Assembly (NCBI GenBank): GCA_047495785.1
Contig: JBLDXI010000017.1
Span: forward strand, 620,001 to 684,000
Reading direction: 5' to 3'
Length of the DNA stretch: 64,000 nt
DNA from: Lepidodermella squamata
Taxonomy: Eukaryota > Animalia > Gastrotricha
Both the position numbers and the translations under genes were made by a program. The notes beneath the pieces were generated by a model, which did no database searches, was not told the origin of the DNA, and was given only the letters and a program-made list of their open reading frames with translations. This document shows positions 13,417 through 24,849 of this stretch, one piece after another; the first letter of the stretch is position 1, and each line of letters opens with the position of its first letter.

Positions 13417-13680
13417 AAAAATAATATATTCACGATTTTTCTCTGGGCATTGGAAATAAATTATGAAAAAAAAATATTCGCGTTTTTTCTTATCGATTTG
13501 AGCCATGTGCCAACTTACGTGATGCGTCTCATCACGGCAATAATTTTCCCGGTACACCGATGATGACACAGGTTGGTATTTCGTGACCCGGTCTTAGTCA
13601 TGCTACCTGAATATAAAGAGAATCGCAATAAATTGAATTTTATACCTATTTTATCAGCAGCAAAAAAAACATTAGTCATA

Positions 13681-14323
13681 ATGCACTCTTTCGCAAATTC
13701 TCTCGCGATCACCGCCCTTGTTGCCGCGTTTTACGTGGTGGCTATCATTGTCAACTTTGCAGGTTTTTATTGAGAATTGTTTCCGGATATTTTTTCAATT
13801 TGTTCAATTTAGATGCCGCGGGTGTCTTGAGGTGCGTTGATAACGTCAACCGAACAAACGGATCTTGCACAACTAACGGCGGATTTTGCTTGGTAAATAT
13901 CTTAGGAAGAACCAATAAAATTCTCAAAATGTTCAAAAAAATATGAAACAATTACCACAACATTCTCCAACCAATAGTTTTCGTTTGGTGACAAGTTTTG
14001 ATATTTTACATTTTTTAATTATTTTTTTTAATTATTTTTTACTTTTTAATTTTTATTCTAATTGAATTTTTTCATTTTCATTTTTTTTTATCAAGAATTC
14101 GGTGACAAGTGTCTTTGGCGTGATTGTCCAACAGAACAAAACCTGCACGCCCGTTTGCAATTTCACAAATGTTGACGTCGGCCTTTCAACCGGAACCAAG
14201 TACCTCTGCTGCCAGGACAAGGATCTATGCAATACCGCCGCCGAATTTGCGTCATCAACGTCCCAATTCGTCCTAGCACCCCTCGCTATTGCCGCTTTTT
14301 TGCTGATGGCGGCTCGCAACTGA
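13681..14323 (+). CDS. Ly6/three-finger GPI-anchored protein, copy 2; 3 exons
   Basis: Signal exon MHSFANSLAITALVAAFYVVAIIVNFA; LRCVDNVNRTNGSCTTNGGFCL; TCTPVC...LCCQDKDLCN; hydrophobic C-terminus. Closest to copy 1, in the opposite orientation. Confidence 0.88.
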
Positions 14324-14956
14324 AAAAAAAACGCTATTTATTCGTCCTATTAAGTTACCTTAGCTTGAAATAACGATAACTTTAAAGAATTCGCTATTGA
14401 TTTTCTGAAAAAAATCAATACATAGGAAATCTTTTTCGATGAAAAAGGGCTATTTTTGAATACTTGGGTAACGTGCTGCATTTTCGAAAATAAAAGACCC
14501 ACGATGATGATTTTTTGCCCGGTTTTTTTACTTGGAGAACATTAGAGAAAAATTGTCCATATTAAAAAGCTTGGGCTATTATGAGAGTTTTCCCGCAGCG
14601 GCATTTTTTCCAATATGTCACGCCTCACCTCGTGTCAAGTCAGTCCGAAAATTAAACATCGGTGTATTATATAATACCTATAGTTCAACAACGACAAAAC
14701 GTTGTTTAGATTCGCGGCGCCTATTGTCATTATGCGCTTTAAATAATTTATATTAATTTGGTACAACTAAAATGCGCGTGCGAAGCAACGCACTTGCGGA
14801 CCGCGCAAATATTGGCACGTCGAATTTTCTCGAAGGTACGTTTTTACAGCAAAAACCTGTCGCGAGGTGGTCAAAGTTTTTGCACTCAACTCGAATTTGA
14901 ACTCGAATACTGCTAGAATTTTTTTTAATTTGTTTGAAAAGTAAATCCTGAAAAAG

Positions 14957-15681
14957 ATGATCATCCGGTTTTCGACTTCACTTGGTGTCACGTTTGCCAT
15001 CGCTGTTGTTAGCATCTTGGTTCTAGGCAACTCGACTCCTACAGGTAAACAATTATGGAAAACACGATTGAAAAACAAATAAATAATGGGACAAACTTCA
15101 AAGTCCTAAAAAATTTTGAAAATTTTATTTTTTTTCGAGAATATAAAATTCCGCTAGATTTTACAGTCTCAGATAATTTGGACTCGCTGTGGTTCCTCTG
15201 CGGGAAATTTTTGTTTCGTTGAAAATATTTCTTTAATTCATTGCCATTTTTGCCATTTTTTAAATACATTTTTTTGACATTCAGCTGCCCTGACTTGCAT
15301 CGATAACTCGGACAATAATACTTCTGGTGTCTGTACTACAACCGGATTCTGCCAGGTAATCTAAAATATCTAAAAAGAATTCATAACTCATTACTCATTA
15401 TTAATTTTGATCAAAATTAACATTTCTCACGCTCTTTTTCTATTTTTTTTCTCTGCTCTAACAAACCATAGAAAATTGTGGTTTACGTTTTGGGAGTGAA
15501 ATTGCTTGACGGTAAGAGCTGTAACACAACTTGCGACCAGTCGAGCAAGGACGGCGTATCGGTCTACTGCTGCAAAGACGCCGACAAGTGCAATACGGCC
15601 GTCTCGCCTCGATTTTCAACGGCTTCGCTCATTCTGGCGCCCCTGCTGATTTTGGCGGCTGTTCGACACGCAATAAAATAA
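14957..15681 (+). CDS. Ly6/three-finger GPI-anchored protein, copy 3; 3 exons
   Basis: Signal MIIRFSTSLGVTFAIAVVSILVLG; LTCIDNSDNNTSGVCTTTGFCQ; SCNTTC...YCCKDADKCN; hydrophobic tail. Confidence 0.88.
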
Positions 15682-15971
15682 TGCCGCGATACATTCGAAT
15701 ACATTTCGATGCTAAAGAACCAACTTGACATTCTCATTTGTCTTTAGGTGTAACGGTGAAACTGCCCATTCTTGTAAACTATCACGAATTTATTTCGGAT
15801 CTGCGTTATGATGACTGCGAAGAATGACTCATAGCGCTTATAAAATTGCCATGATAACGTTAGTGCACGGCCTTGTCTCTTTAAAAACTTTTAGCCAAAC
15901 GGCTATCGAGCTCATCGAGCTCCAAAATGATAAAATAAAAAATAAAAATTGAAAATCTGACCATTGCAAAT

Positions 15972-16030
15972 GTGGCAGCCGCAGAGAATCGAACCCGGGG
16001 CGCCTGCTTTCGAAAAACGCCAAGTGCTAT
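15972..16030 (-). repeat. Degenerate tRNA-derived relic (SINE head or tRNA pseudogene fragment)
   Basis: Minus strand reads ...GCCCCGGGTTCGATTCTCTGCGGCTGCCA, a B-box/T-arm-like sequence. No complete cloverleaf could be built. Confidence 0.35.
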
Positions 16031-16988
16031 GTCAATTTTTACCTGTGTGGCGCAAAAAGTACGGATCCTACAAGAAAACGGATTGCGCCTTTCGAAAGCG
16101 CGGAGTCGATTATTACCTCTAATCTAATCTAAACAAAAGTATTATACCTGGCATCAAGGTATAATCTATAAACGCTTCGATGTTTGGATGGCTTCAATTT
16201 CTTGTCACATTTTTTGCAGCACTCTGGTACAATGAGGACAATGGAACAATAATGTACAATGAGTCCTCTAAAAACGTATGCATTAATATAAAAAAAATCC
16301 CAAAGAAGTGTGAAAATGTCACAAAAAGTGCTGGCGCAAGCAGTTCTTCTAGTTTTTTCTAAGGCGCTTACAGCGTTTACCGACACGGTAAATGGTAAAT
16401 ACCGAAAGTAGACGGTGCAAACACTGCAAACACTATAAAAAACACGAAAAGCTGTCTTACCTTTGTCTATTTATCACCCTAGTTTTGGAACTCGCCAATT
16501 CTCCAAGTAGAGGAATTTTCACATTTTTATATTTACTCAAGAAAATCACATTTATTCCGATTTATGGAGTAATAAAGGGCTGGACTCTAATTTGCATTCA
16601 GTTTGGGTCATAAAATTAGTTAACTATGTTTTTAGATCAAGTACAACATCCCAGGTCCGAGGCAAAATATACTTGAGACCCGAACTTTTTGTTGAAGGAG
16701 TGCCTATTTGTACATAACTATGTGGTATATTTTCCCCTATTTGTACATACTTAGTTTTTTATTTACTTTTTTTTACGATAAAGGCCATTGAAATCGCTTC
16801 ACAGGTCCTTGAAGACAGCATTCGAATTCTTCACCATCATCTATATTCCAACCAACGATAAATAACCAATAATTATTATTAAGAAATATCATGTACTGAA
16901 ATTCATTAATTCATATATTATTATCTGTGTCTTGAAGGCAATGTTAGATACTATGAATTATGTAACGTAGACCTCCAATAAATCGGTA

Positions 16989-17579
16989 GAGGAGGGAGCC
17001 CTAATTTCGGCCACTTCCTAAATTCGGCCGCTGCGACCTATAACTTATTGGCCACCGGCCGAAATTTGGACCGTGCAGCAGTTTTATTTGCACGCAATTC
17101 AAGAAATTTGCATTGTTGAGCCCATCTGTTTCATGATTTTTCGAGCACGTGATCGCAAAAAAATAATTCTAAATGCGAGCGTGCGCGCTCATGTCGCTTC
17201 TCGAGTGCTCTGTTATCGCTACTTTGCAGTTATAATTTACGTGAATCTGGCTCTTTAAAATTTACTGCTTTCACCTCAATAATCATTATAGTTTTTATAG
17301 TCAGCTTTTTCAGAAAAATCTAACGATACCAAACTTGTGGTATTAGTGTACCTGGTGGCCGAAATTAGGGCACCCTGCTCCTTAATTTCGGACGGGTGTC
17401 TGGGTGACTAAAAAATTAGACATAAATCAAGGTAAAATCGTCCGGACTTGCGGAAAGCGGCATTCGATACCCTAAGAACGCCTTTTTAATTCTGCTTTTG
17501 CTGAATATTTTCTAAAAATTCACCTGACTGGCAAAGTAGGAAAAACCTGAAAAGCGGCCGAAATTAGGGCGGGGTGCTC
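16989..17579. mobile_element. About 590-bp non-autonomous DNA transposon (MITE) with TA target-site duplication, Tc1/mariner-like
   Basis: Left end TA|GAGGAGGGAGCCCTAATTTCGGCC and right end GGCCGAAATTAGGGCGGGGTGCTC|TA form imperfect TIRs. Internal GGCCGAAATT copies occur near 17057 and 17357. No transposase ORF. Confidence 0.65.
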
Positions 17580-18309
17580 TATCTCTCTTTTGTATGGTTT
17601 TAAAATATTTTTCTAGTTAATTACCAGCGACTTTAAAAAATCTTTCTTTTCTCAAGTGAGAGTCAGCTTCGTGAGGTCTTTATTTCTTACATTCACGAGC
17701 TACAACACGATCCAACAAGATTCAAGGTCGTGCATTTTCCGAAGTTCTAGCCAAAAATCCCGCTCGTAATCATATATAGGTGTTTCTTTGTTCATCGTTC
17801 AAACGTTTCAGCAGATGAATTTTTCAAATGCATTCAGCGTATCACGAACTTGAAGCGTTGAGGCCGCAGCTTATTAGGTGGCATAAAAAAGTGACACAGT
17901 TGACGATACCTGTTCGCGCTATTCAAAATTATGATACCCTCTACGAAAAAAGTAGGCGACTTTTGTGCCGCAACTATTTCGAGAAATAAGATATGCGAAA
18001 CGGCAGTATAAAACACATTACTTTTGGCATATTATATCGCTTTGCTAAGAGTCATTCTGCTGGAATATTTCTTACACATACCGCTTTTTTCCGCTGATGT
18101 CACGAAGATTTTTAATAGTTATGGCGCAATTATCAACGAGCCATAAACGCGCCCCGTTGCCCGCGTATTTATTATAAATATTTTTCCTTCTCCTGGAGGT
18201 TTGTTATATTTTCGTATAAACCGCGTTGCTCAAGCTATAAAGGACTCGCGAATAACAAATTTGAAATACTCTTCAGAGATATCATATAATTTCTTGAAAC
18301 TTGGGCAAA

Positions 18310-19596
18310 ATGGTGATGATCGGATTTCCGGCTACCCTCGGCGTCACCTTCGCCTTCGCTGTTGTTAGCATCTTGGTTTTGGGCTACTCAACACCTACAG
18401 GTAACAATTTACTAAGATGATTTAGCGGGGAATAATACGAACTGAAACAAAAATATGTTCGCTCTTTAAGATAAAAATGGCAGACCGTCATTACAGCAAA
18501 CGCGACAAAACAGCAAATTTTTCAACTTGCGACATAACAGCAGAAACACGATGCTTTTACATAGTAATTATTTGCTGTTGTTTGTCGCAAAATAAAAAAT
18601 TTGCTGTTTTGTCGCCGTACCATAAAAAGGGAAAATCTTACGCCGGTACCAAATTTCATTTAATTCAATACCTAACCATTTTATTCGTTTTTCAACTGGT
18701 TAGGGTTAGGGTTAGGGTTAGGTTAGGGTTAGGTTAGGGTTAGGTTAGGGTTAGGTTAGGGTTAGGTTTGGATTGAAGACTGGGTCTTCAAATTGGGGAT
18801 TTGGAACTATTTGGAATAATTTGGTACGAAATTCAATGATGTTTGGTAATAATTTGGTAATGATTTCACTATATCCCCCATAAAAATACATCTTTTATGG
18901 TGGATGTCCCAATATGCTATTACTTCTAATAATTGGAATTTTACAGAAGGGTCTAAATATTTCTATCGCTTAAAATATGAGGCTACAACACTGAATTGTT
19001 TCAATTTATCGCCATTTCGATGTTTTCCGATCGCAAATATTGAGAAAATCTCTCATTTGTAAAATCGATATCATAATTCTTGCAGTATATATTTCAAATA
19101 TTGCAATCCACGTAAAATTTAGATTTTTCAGTTAAGCATGGGAATAAAAATCTAGTATACTGGAGCCTCAATTTTAGGGTTTAGGGTGTGCTTTTAAACA
19201 TCCGAGAGTTGCTTTTATTTATTCAACTTTTGCTTTTTTCGATTATTTCTAGATGCGTTGACTTGCGTCGACAATTCGCCCAACAATACTGCAGGAGTTT
19301 GCAATATAACCAACGGTTATTGCTCGGTAAACACCCGGAAAATCGCGCTAAAATAACAATTTATTTTCTCCCATTCCCATTTGCAGAATGCTGTCGTCAG
19401 TTTTCTCGGCGTCAAAGCGTCTAGCAAGAACTGCACCGCTAATTGCACGGAGGGAGACTTCTTTGGTATTACTTCGGTCTACTGCTGCAAAGACAAAGAC
19501 AAGTGCAACACGGCCTTCACGCCCCAATTTTCGATGAATTCTCTCATTTTGGCGCCACTGCTGATTCTTGCGGCCATTCGATTAGCTATAAAATAA
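18310..19596 (+). CDS. Ly6/three-finger GPI-anchored protein, copy 4; 3 exons, MITEs in intron 1
   Basis: Signal MVMIGFPATLGVTFAFAVVSILVLG; LTCVDNSPNNTAGVCNITNGYCS; NCTANC...YCCKDKDKCN; hydrophobic tail. Confidence 0.88.
18479..18621. mobile_element. 143-bp palindromic MITE (family A) with GG...CC ends and 8-bp TSD ATAAAAAT
   Basis: Starts GGCAGACCGTCATTACAGC and ends GCTGTTTTGTCGCCGTACC, with internal inverted GCGACAAAACAGCAAATTTT. Same family as 27819-28011. Confidence 0.75.
18629..18878. mobile_element. 250-bp MITE (family B) carrying a telomere-like array, 8-bp TSD CATAAAAA
   Basis: CATAAAAA occurs at 18621-18628 and 18879-18886. Ends GGGAAAAT.../...ATATCCCC with sub-terminal TACCAAAT/ATTTGGTA inverted motifs. 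Confidence 0.7.
18700..18766 (+). repeat. Interstitial telomere-like array (TTAGGG)3(TTAGGTTAGGG)4TTAGG
   Basis: Read directly from the sequence. Confidence 0.95.
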
Positions 19597-20220
19597 AATG
19601 TTAACAACAAACCGATGCCAAAAAAAGGAAATTGTTTAAATGTCTCCAAAAATCCGTTTTGATGAAATGTTGATCAAATTATGTAATTTTCCGAAGTTCC
19701 ACTCAAAACATCTCGCTCGTAATCCTATAGGTGTTTTTTTGTTCATCGTTCAAATGCTTCAGCAGATGCGAATGTTTCATGAACTTGTACAGGCCGCAGC
19801 TCATTAAGTGGCATGAAAAAAGTGACGCTGTTGACGATACCTGTTCGCGCCATTTAAAATTATTACTCTCTACAAAAAAGTAGGCGAGTTTTTTGTCGCA
19901 GCTATATTTCGAGATATAATTTACGAAACGGCAGTATAAAGCACATTACTTGGCATATTATATCGCCCTGTTAGGAGTTATTCTGCTGGAAGGTTTCTTA
20001 CACGCCGCTTTTTACACAGATGTCACGAAGCTTTAATAGCTGTGGCGCAATTATCAACGGGCAATAAACGCGCCCCGTTGCCCGCGTTTTTATTATAAAT
20101 ATTTTCTATTCACCAGGCTTTGTTATTTATGTATAAAACTGTTGCTCGAACTAGGGCTTGCGATTAATAAATTATAATATTCCTTAGAATTATCATCAAA
20201 TTTCTTGAAATTTCGGGAAA

Positions 20221-21281
20221 ATGGTGAGCATCGGATTTCCGGCTACCCTCGGCGTCACCTTTGCCGTCGCTGTTGTTAGCATCTTGGTTTTGGGCAACTC
20301 AACACCCGCAGGTAACAATTCCATTTTAATGTAGCGAACAAAATGAAAACGGAAAAAATAATTCTCTAAACGAAGGATTTCCTAGAAAACCATTCAACCC
20401 AAAAGTAACGCAAGCAAAGAAAATACACGGAAAAGGGTTCAGAAACTATAAAATGACAAGAAAATTTTAGAAAAATTCAAAAAATCACGAGAATAGTAGT
20501 CAAGTATGTCACTTGTTAATGGGATTAAAAAGACCGGAGATATTTGGTCTAACCGTGTAAAACACCGAAAATTACCGAAATACCGGTAAATTTTGCATTT
20601 CTTCAGTTAAATCGCGGATAAAATTTATTCTCGGTAGATTTAATTTAAAAAGATTAGTTGAACCTCCTTAACAAAAAGTTGCCTAATAAAAAATTAGTGA
20701 CGCAATTTCTGGAACGCGCTGTGGAAGGATTTCCCAATATTACAGAACTTCTATTACTTAGACTTTCCAAGTATTTGAACCGCTGATATCGAGGCTAAAG
20801 CCCTGAAGAAAAGACTTTCGATTAGTCAATAAAATATCTAGCGCCGGAGCCTCAAATTTATATATTGTTGGATCCCTTAATTTAGGGTGTGCCTTAAAAA
20901 GAGCCGAGAATTACCTTTACTTCTTTAAAAATTGTTTTATTTTTGCGGTTTTTTACAGCTGCACTGACTTGCATCGACAATACGGCCAACAATACTGGAG
21001 GATATTGCAATATAACCAACGGTTCTTGCCAGGTAAACTAATAAGAAATTCATGAAAACCCCGCTGAAAAATTCAATTGTCAGAATACTGTTGTACTTGG
21101 CGTTGCCGTTAAGAACTGCACTGCTAATTGCACGGAGTTGGACTTCGGCAGTCTCGTATCGGTCTACTGCTGCAAAGACAAGGACAAGTGCAACACGGCC
21201 TTCACGCCCCAATTTTCGATGAATTCTCTCATTCTGGCGCCACTGCTCATTCTTGCGGCCATTCGACTAGCTATAAAATGA
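20221..21281 (+). CDS. Ly6/three-finger GPI-anchored protein, copy 5; recent duplicate of copy 4
   Basis: Signal MVSIGFPATLGVTFAVAVVSILVLG; LTCIDNTANNTGGYCNITNGSCQ; the 3' half of exon 3 is near-identical to copy 4 (YCCKDKDKCNTAFTPQFSMNSLILAPLLILAAIRLAIK). Confidence 0.88.
20403..20648 (+). repeat. Dispersed repeat, copy 1 (second copy at about 32088-32380)
   Basis: Shared colinear blocks AAGTAAC.CAAGCAAAGAAAATACACGG, GGGTTCAGAAACT, AAAATCACGAGAATAG, ACCGAAAATTACCGA and TAAATCG.GGATAAAA. Confidence 0.75.
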
Positions 21282-21854
21282 AAGCTTAACATCAAACCGA
21301 TGCCAAAAAAAGGAATTTTTTAACTCTCTTCAAAAATCCGGTTTAATGGAATGTTGATCAAATTGTGTAATTTTATTAACTAGTTATGGCATGTGAAATT
21401 TGTTCGTAAATATCCGTTAAATTTTGACGTTGGAATAAATGGAGCCATCAGAAGGTGGGCAATGCACAAATTGTTAGCCCAATCCCATACCTATATGTGA
21501 CATGCTAAATAATTCAGAATTCAGGATAGAAAAAAATAGCGGCAATATAACTACTTCCTGTTTTGGCGCATTCCCTGACGGCTAATGAGGAGTTTTTTGC
21601 GATCACCTGTGCGCGCATATATTACCTTTGCGCCATGAAATAATTGGCTTCGAATCAATTTTTATAAAAAAAAATACGCAGTGTGGAACCGAATTATGAT
21701 GTCACGGAATACCTATGCGAGCGGATTAGCCGCGAGAGGAAAAAAACGCTAATTTCCTGCGCTTATTATTGCCGATTGAGTGTGCTGTGGGTATAAAGAG
21801 ATTTTGTCGCATTCTAGTAATATTCGCTGAATTTTCTAGCAAAGCAAAAATAAG

Positions 21855-22411
21855 ATGATCTTATCATTTCCGACGTCTCTTGGCATTGCCTTTGCTATTG
21901 CTGTTACCGCAATTTTAGTTATCGGAAATTCAAAGCAAACAGGTAAATTTTGCAGAAATTCTGTTTCAAAAAATAAAAAATTAATCGAAATTCGTTTATT
22001 ATACCTGGGAAAAATTGCGACACTAAATTTTCACCTGATATGTCTATTTTTTCAGCTGCCCTCACCTGTTTCGATAATACCGACAACAACACAAATGGCA
22101 CGTGTACCATAAAAAGCGGCTATTGTATGGTTAGTAAATAATATTAAAAAAATTCATAATTTTGCCTAAAATTTCCCTTTCAGAACTCGGTCATAATGAT
22201 TTTAGGAATGGAGTTGACCAAAGTGAAAAATTGCTCGTCAACCTGCCTCAACAGCACCCTGGCTTTGGGCAGTGGAGTCTCAGCTTATTGCTGCAATAAT
22301 GTCGACAAGTGCAACACGGCAAATTCCTTAGTCACGCCGCCATTCTCGCCCATTCCACTCGCATTTTCCGCCTTTTTAATGCTGCTAATAGCAGCTGGGG
22401 CGAAATGTTAA
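21855..22411 (+). CDS. Ly6/three-finger GPI-anchored protein, copy 6; 3 exons
   Basis: Signal MILSFPTSLGIAFAIAVTAILVIG; LTCFDNTDNNTNGTCTIKSGYCM; NCSSTC...YCCNNVDKCN; hydrophobic tail. Confidence 0.88.
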
Positions 22412-23078
22412 CAAGTTCAGCGTATGAATAACACGAATTTTCTTAACACGATAGGTGAAGCGAAGCGTGGATGCGTGAGATAATAATATTCACCATTTTT
22501 TTTTACCCATTTCTGTGTTCAATTTTGTGTGTTTGCTTACACCAATGCGACATTCTGAGCTTCAATAAAACTTGAAAAATGTTAATGTCATTTTTTTTTA
22601 ATTTTTAAAAAACTTGGGGCTTAGGTATTCACCATAACAAGGATTGAGCCCATTTCAAATGTGTGAAATTACCCTTAGTTACGAAATGGGAACCCAAACT
22701 GATTCTCAGGAGTTTCCTGATAATACCGCATTTTTTTTACTATTTTTCCGGCCAACTAGCAACTAGCAATTAGTGGTTTTTTATTTGCACGTGCGACGTG
22801 ATCAAAAGTTCCAAGATCGTTCCTGAATTTGGGTCAAACTTCAAAAAGAATTATAATATAAATTTCGTTTTTTTAATTTAAAAATGAAAATCCTCGTTTT
22901 CGCAAATTTACCTTGATAAATTAATTGTCTAGGAAAAACCATGACCTTCTTCGTTTTAAAATGGTCATTTTTATTACTTGGCCCATCAACCACCTGGCAG
23001 ATGAAGCTTCGAAGAATTATATTTTTCGAAATTCTAGCATCAAGTCTATTTTTTTCATATTTTCCGCTTGACTAGCGA

Positions 23079-23832
23079 TTAACGGATGTACTGTAGGCCG
23101 TAGTTGTGGCATTCTTTCTTGCAGATAGGGTAGTCTGCAAAGGCATTGGAACCGCTGCGGCATGTTCCCGAATATCGGAATGGTTTGCAGACTTTCGACT
23201 TGATGTTGTAGTAATAGCCTGAATTTTGACCGACATCGTCTCGCAAGGCCTGGCGACGGCTTATGCGGCAATTATTTTCCACATCCAACGGTTGATTACA
23301 TTCGGGTTTTAAACCTGGAAAATGAATAGAGATAAAATAATAAACAAATTCATATTATCGATTAAAATTCAGGAAATTTACAATAATTTTGCAATTTTCG
23401 TGTAATTTATGTGATTCATGAATCGAAGCAATTATTCATCAAAAATGTTAATTACCTTTTCGCGTGATCATAGTGTCGACCTTTACCCTGTCGCCGCGTT
23501 GGCAGTTTCGCTCACATTCATCAATGCTCGGAAACCCGAAGCCGCCTACTCCGCAGCCCGGGTAGGTCAGCTCAACACATTGCCGAGTATCAGCGTTGAA
23601 GTAAACGTCGGGCCGAGATTGTTCAGCGCACGCTTTTGAAAGGCCATAACCACCCAGGCGGTACGACGATGGCGGGTCGTAGGCGCAACGATAGTCGTAA
23701 CCTGAAAGTTTTGATTATAATTGAACAAAATTAAGCAGGATATTCTTTGATAATTATACCGTTATCAGACTGCGAAAACACGTTTCCGAAAATTGCCGCG
23801 AATCCAATGATAAAAAGGTTTAATTCTGCCAT
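23079..23832 (-). CDS. Secreted double Kunitz/BPTI-like protein, copy 1; 3 exons
   Basis: Signal MAELNLFIIGFAAIFGNVFS. Two 6-Cys domains, with YFN...C..LTYPGCG...F....EC...C and YYYN....C..F.YSGTC....NAF.....C...C. Confidence 0.82.
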
Positions 23833-24849
23833 TTTCAACGGTGTAGCAAGAAAAATGAAGTATAACTGCGATATTTTTTTGCTTTGCGGAATTTCTAGAC
23901 GATTTACCTTACCGTTTTAGGCAAATGAGCTCATCGAGCGAAAATTTGCGCGTTATTGCGAAGCGGAAAAACCTGTCGCGCTAAAAGCTTGTTGCGACGT
24001 GAAAAAATGCGAAAAAATGCCTAGTTTTTCGCATTAGTATTCACATTATTGTCTCACTTGAATTGCTCGAGCGTGACAAAAATAGGAATGATTCATCCGC
24101 CGTAAAAGTCACTTCCAGAAGCATTCTTCGGTACATTCGTGAAATCGGAAAATTCGAATGAAAAAGGTTAGAAAAGCGACAATTTCCATGCTCAAGTCAT
24201 GCAGCTATAAAATTTTTGAGGTTAAGGTTTTCCTATGAACCAATGAACCAAAGTAGGGTTTGGCGAAAATTCCTTATTTTCCAGCAAATTGCAAAAGGTG
24301 TATTTATTTGAAGAGGTACGATCCTTGGAATACTAGATTTTCTTAATCGGTTTATCTTGTGAATTTTGAATTTTCAAAATTCGGACCTCTAAGGGGCTCC
24401 CATCCACCTCAAAAGGTGGGAGACCCCGAAGTGCTCACCCATTTAGGTTGACGTGGAAGCTTTAGCTTGATTCCATCAAAAATTTTGAATATCTAGCTAG
24501 TTTCCCCACCTCAGGTTAACCAAAAAAATCTCCACTGCGCATGAGAAAATAATATTCGCATTTTTTGCGCGTCGATTGATGCAATAAATAAGTTAATTTC
24601 TTTAAGCGCGCATTTTTTAGAAATTATAGCTTACCCGTGAACTTCGAAGCTAATTATCTCAGCAACCCTGCTGATTATCAACCTCATTTTGATATCGCTC
24701 GACTACAATTTCTTGCTCCAATCAAAGTTCCAAAGTTCCAATCAATTTGTTGAAAAATGTTCGAAATTTATTTCAAGAAAAAATCCGCTTTTCTTTTCAC
24801 AGTTTCAAATAGTTGGTGCACTTTGGTGAACCATTTTTTTTGTTCGTCA

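Noticed and set aside
18700-18766. True telomere or chromosome-fusion scar
   Set aside because: The array is only 67 bp, in a single orientation, and enclosed in a TSD-flanked element inside an intron.
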